DNA of 62,417 nt, the filler included, from Rhabdomonas costata (lineage: Eukaryota): NCBI GenBank assembly GCA_019059605.1. It is 22 parts of 22 records of this genome, joined end to end, with 100 filler letters (N's around TTAATTAATTAA, not from the genome) between each part and the next. Parts side by side here need not be neighbours in the genome. Positions count along the whole stretch, not along the records: positions 59,686 to 62,417 come from JAHMHO010002212.1; 21 more parts are not named here. One strand, given 5' to 3'. The position numbers and the translations under genes are program-made. Each line of letters opens with the position of its first letter. Positions within the stretch are counted from its first letter, which is position 1. Positions 60,755 through 62,417 of the stretch are shown here, one piece after another. A model generated the notes under the pieces. The model saw only the letters and a list, made by a program, of their open reading frames with translations. It was not told the origin of the DNA and did no database searches.

Positions 60755-60832
60755 ATGGAAGAACACTTACCCTCACCTCGCTCACACATAACTATGGAAG
60801 AACACTTACCCTCACCTCGCTCACACATAACT
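60755..60832. repeat. Perfect 39-bp tandem duplication
   Basis: ATGGAAGAACACTTACCCTCACCTCGCTCACACATAACT occurs twice (60755 and 60794). Confidence 0.95.
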
Positions 60833-61599
60833 ACAAACTCGGCACCAGACTTTCTCACAGTGCGAAAGCTTCTTATTTCCTCCTTGGAAACCAAAGGCCA
60901 AAAAGAGTGCTGGATAGTGGGCGGGGGACCCGGCACCAGTGGTGCCCGTTCGGAGCCCAAAATTAAACGAGCAGTTAATAAGTTATAAGCTAGTCCGAGC
61001 TCAGTGAAGCGGCGCGAGACATCCTCAAATTGTTTCCTTCCATTGAAATCCCAGGAGACACCTGCATTGCCACCTGTCCCACCTGCCCCCTGCCCGTTAC
61101 CACACCACACCACACCACACCACACACATGCGCACTCACTACTTCACAAGAGCCTGTATCCAGCACCGAATAAGTGAGGGCACTGTCGCGCTTCCTGCAC
61201 GAAGCGGATGCGTTTGAGTTGTAGTTGTTGGTTCAGAAACGTTTACCGTGACATTATCACTCCCTGAACCTTTGAACTCTGGAATAACACCTCACAATAC
61301 TATTGTTTTCTGATCCAGTCGGGCTTCGTGCAGGGGCGTGGGTCGAAGTTTCTCATTTAGTAAGAACGCTCAGAGGTGTTGCCGGGGCGTTTCTCACTGT
61401 CACAAGAGAAGCCCCATCTGATCGACCTCGGTCTGCGATGTTGAAACGCAGGGGTGTTCCCGGAAGCCTTTCAAACATATCTGTCCGTCAAACATTAACG
61501 GAAATGCATTCGTGTGCCTTCACCCCCATCAAACTCAGCTCGCTTCGCCACTCCTTTCTCACAGTGCTCTTTCCTCTCAAACACTCACGTAATCGAAAA

Positions 61600-62417
61600 A
61601 TGGAGATCCCCGCTGCGGTTACCCATGCCCTTGGACGCCCACTGAGTGCAGAGGAGGCGGAACTGCTGCGGTGCCTGTCCGCGTCTGGGGTGGCGAAGCT
61701 GAACGCCGACCTGTGCCGAGGTTTGTTTGGTGCCCTTTGGACGTCTATCTCTCTGTGGATAGTTTCACCGCTCATTTCGGAATTACCATTGCCAGAACTT
61801 TGTGCAAAAAGTTTCGAAGAACGACTTGGCCGCAGTCGTGGAGCAGGTAAACGCTATTGTTGGATTTTTTTTCCTTGGCGCTTGTGGGAAGTAAGAATCT
61901 GAAGGCGTTTGTGCAATCGGATGCGAGGCAATGTGTCCGTAGTTGGTCTTAGATTTTTTTTAGAGAGATGGGAGATGAGTGCAGAGGGTGAGGGAAGGGC
62001 AGGGAATGAAAGGAAATGAAGCGAAATGACGGAAGGGAAGGAGAGGGAAGGAATGCTGGCAGCACATATAACCTTTCGCAAACGTGTCGGAGGGCGGTGT
62101 CCAGTCAGCAGCCTTTAGGTCCAAATGTCGTCTGTCGGTTTCCGATGCGGGGATAGATCGGCATTGTGAGAGGAATGGTGCGCGCCGCAGGGTCCGATCT
62201 GGAACGTACTCTGGCCGAACTGCAGTTCGTTTTTGAGCACATGCAAGCTCGCCGGAACCGTGCTGCAGACCACCTGACCGCTCCTTCCAAGGCTCTGCTG
62301 GATCAGCTCAGCGCTCCGTGCCCGACAGAAGTACTTGTGCTGGTTGCCGGCACTCAGCCCAGTGAGCTTTTGGCCACAACCAGCCAGAGGATGGCCGCGG
62401 TGTCGTTTTTGTGAGGG
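61600..62417 (+). CDS. Hypothetical multi-exon protein, 5' part
   Basis: ATG at 61600 (MEIPAAVTHALGRPLSAEEAELLRCL) and a later open GC-rich segment at ~62158-62400. No family recognised. Confidence 0.4.

Noticed and set aside
60755-60832. 39-bp direct repeat as a CRISPR repeat
   Set aside because: There are only two copies, head to tail with no spacer, no cas genes, and a eukaryotic context.

Overview
This window is not one locus. It joins 22 unlinked contigs of about 2.7-2.9 kb with an artificial 100-nt spacer (N44-TTAATTAATTAA-N44), so gene neighbourhood across spacers carries no information. Many contigs start with G/T-only and end with A/C-only runs, suggesting degenerate-primer whole-genome amplification. 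The DNA comes from an intron-rich protist nuclear genome, tentatively euglenozoan, with short GT-AG introns, at least two probable GC-AG introns and many microsatellites. Recognisable gene fragments are a PHO84-type phosphate transporter, Sm D2, mitochondrial EF-Tu, Sel1 repeats, CCDC97, a WGR-domain PARP, a hybrid histidine kinase, TM9SF, a DUF1796-like peptidase, MmgE/PrpD, an LRR protein and a decayed Ty3/gypsy element. The most notable items are: (1) an intronless ORF of perfectly phased 39-aa helical repeats (CVNGFSK...LW) resembling but not matching OPR/HPR/SKWP repeats; (2) tandem intron-containing genes for a stand-alone RapZ C-terminal domain; (3) an ankyrin-ADP-ribosyltransferase-TPR protein split by one in-frame TAG; (4) a Rickettsiaceae-like polA/tRNA-Arg fragment with signs of decay fused to a retrotransposon; (5) a secreted, possibly thaumatin-fold protein. 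All family assignments come from motif recognition by eye, not database searches.
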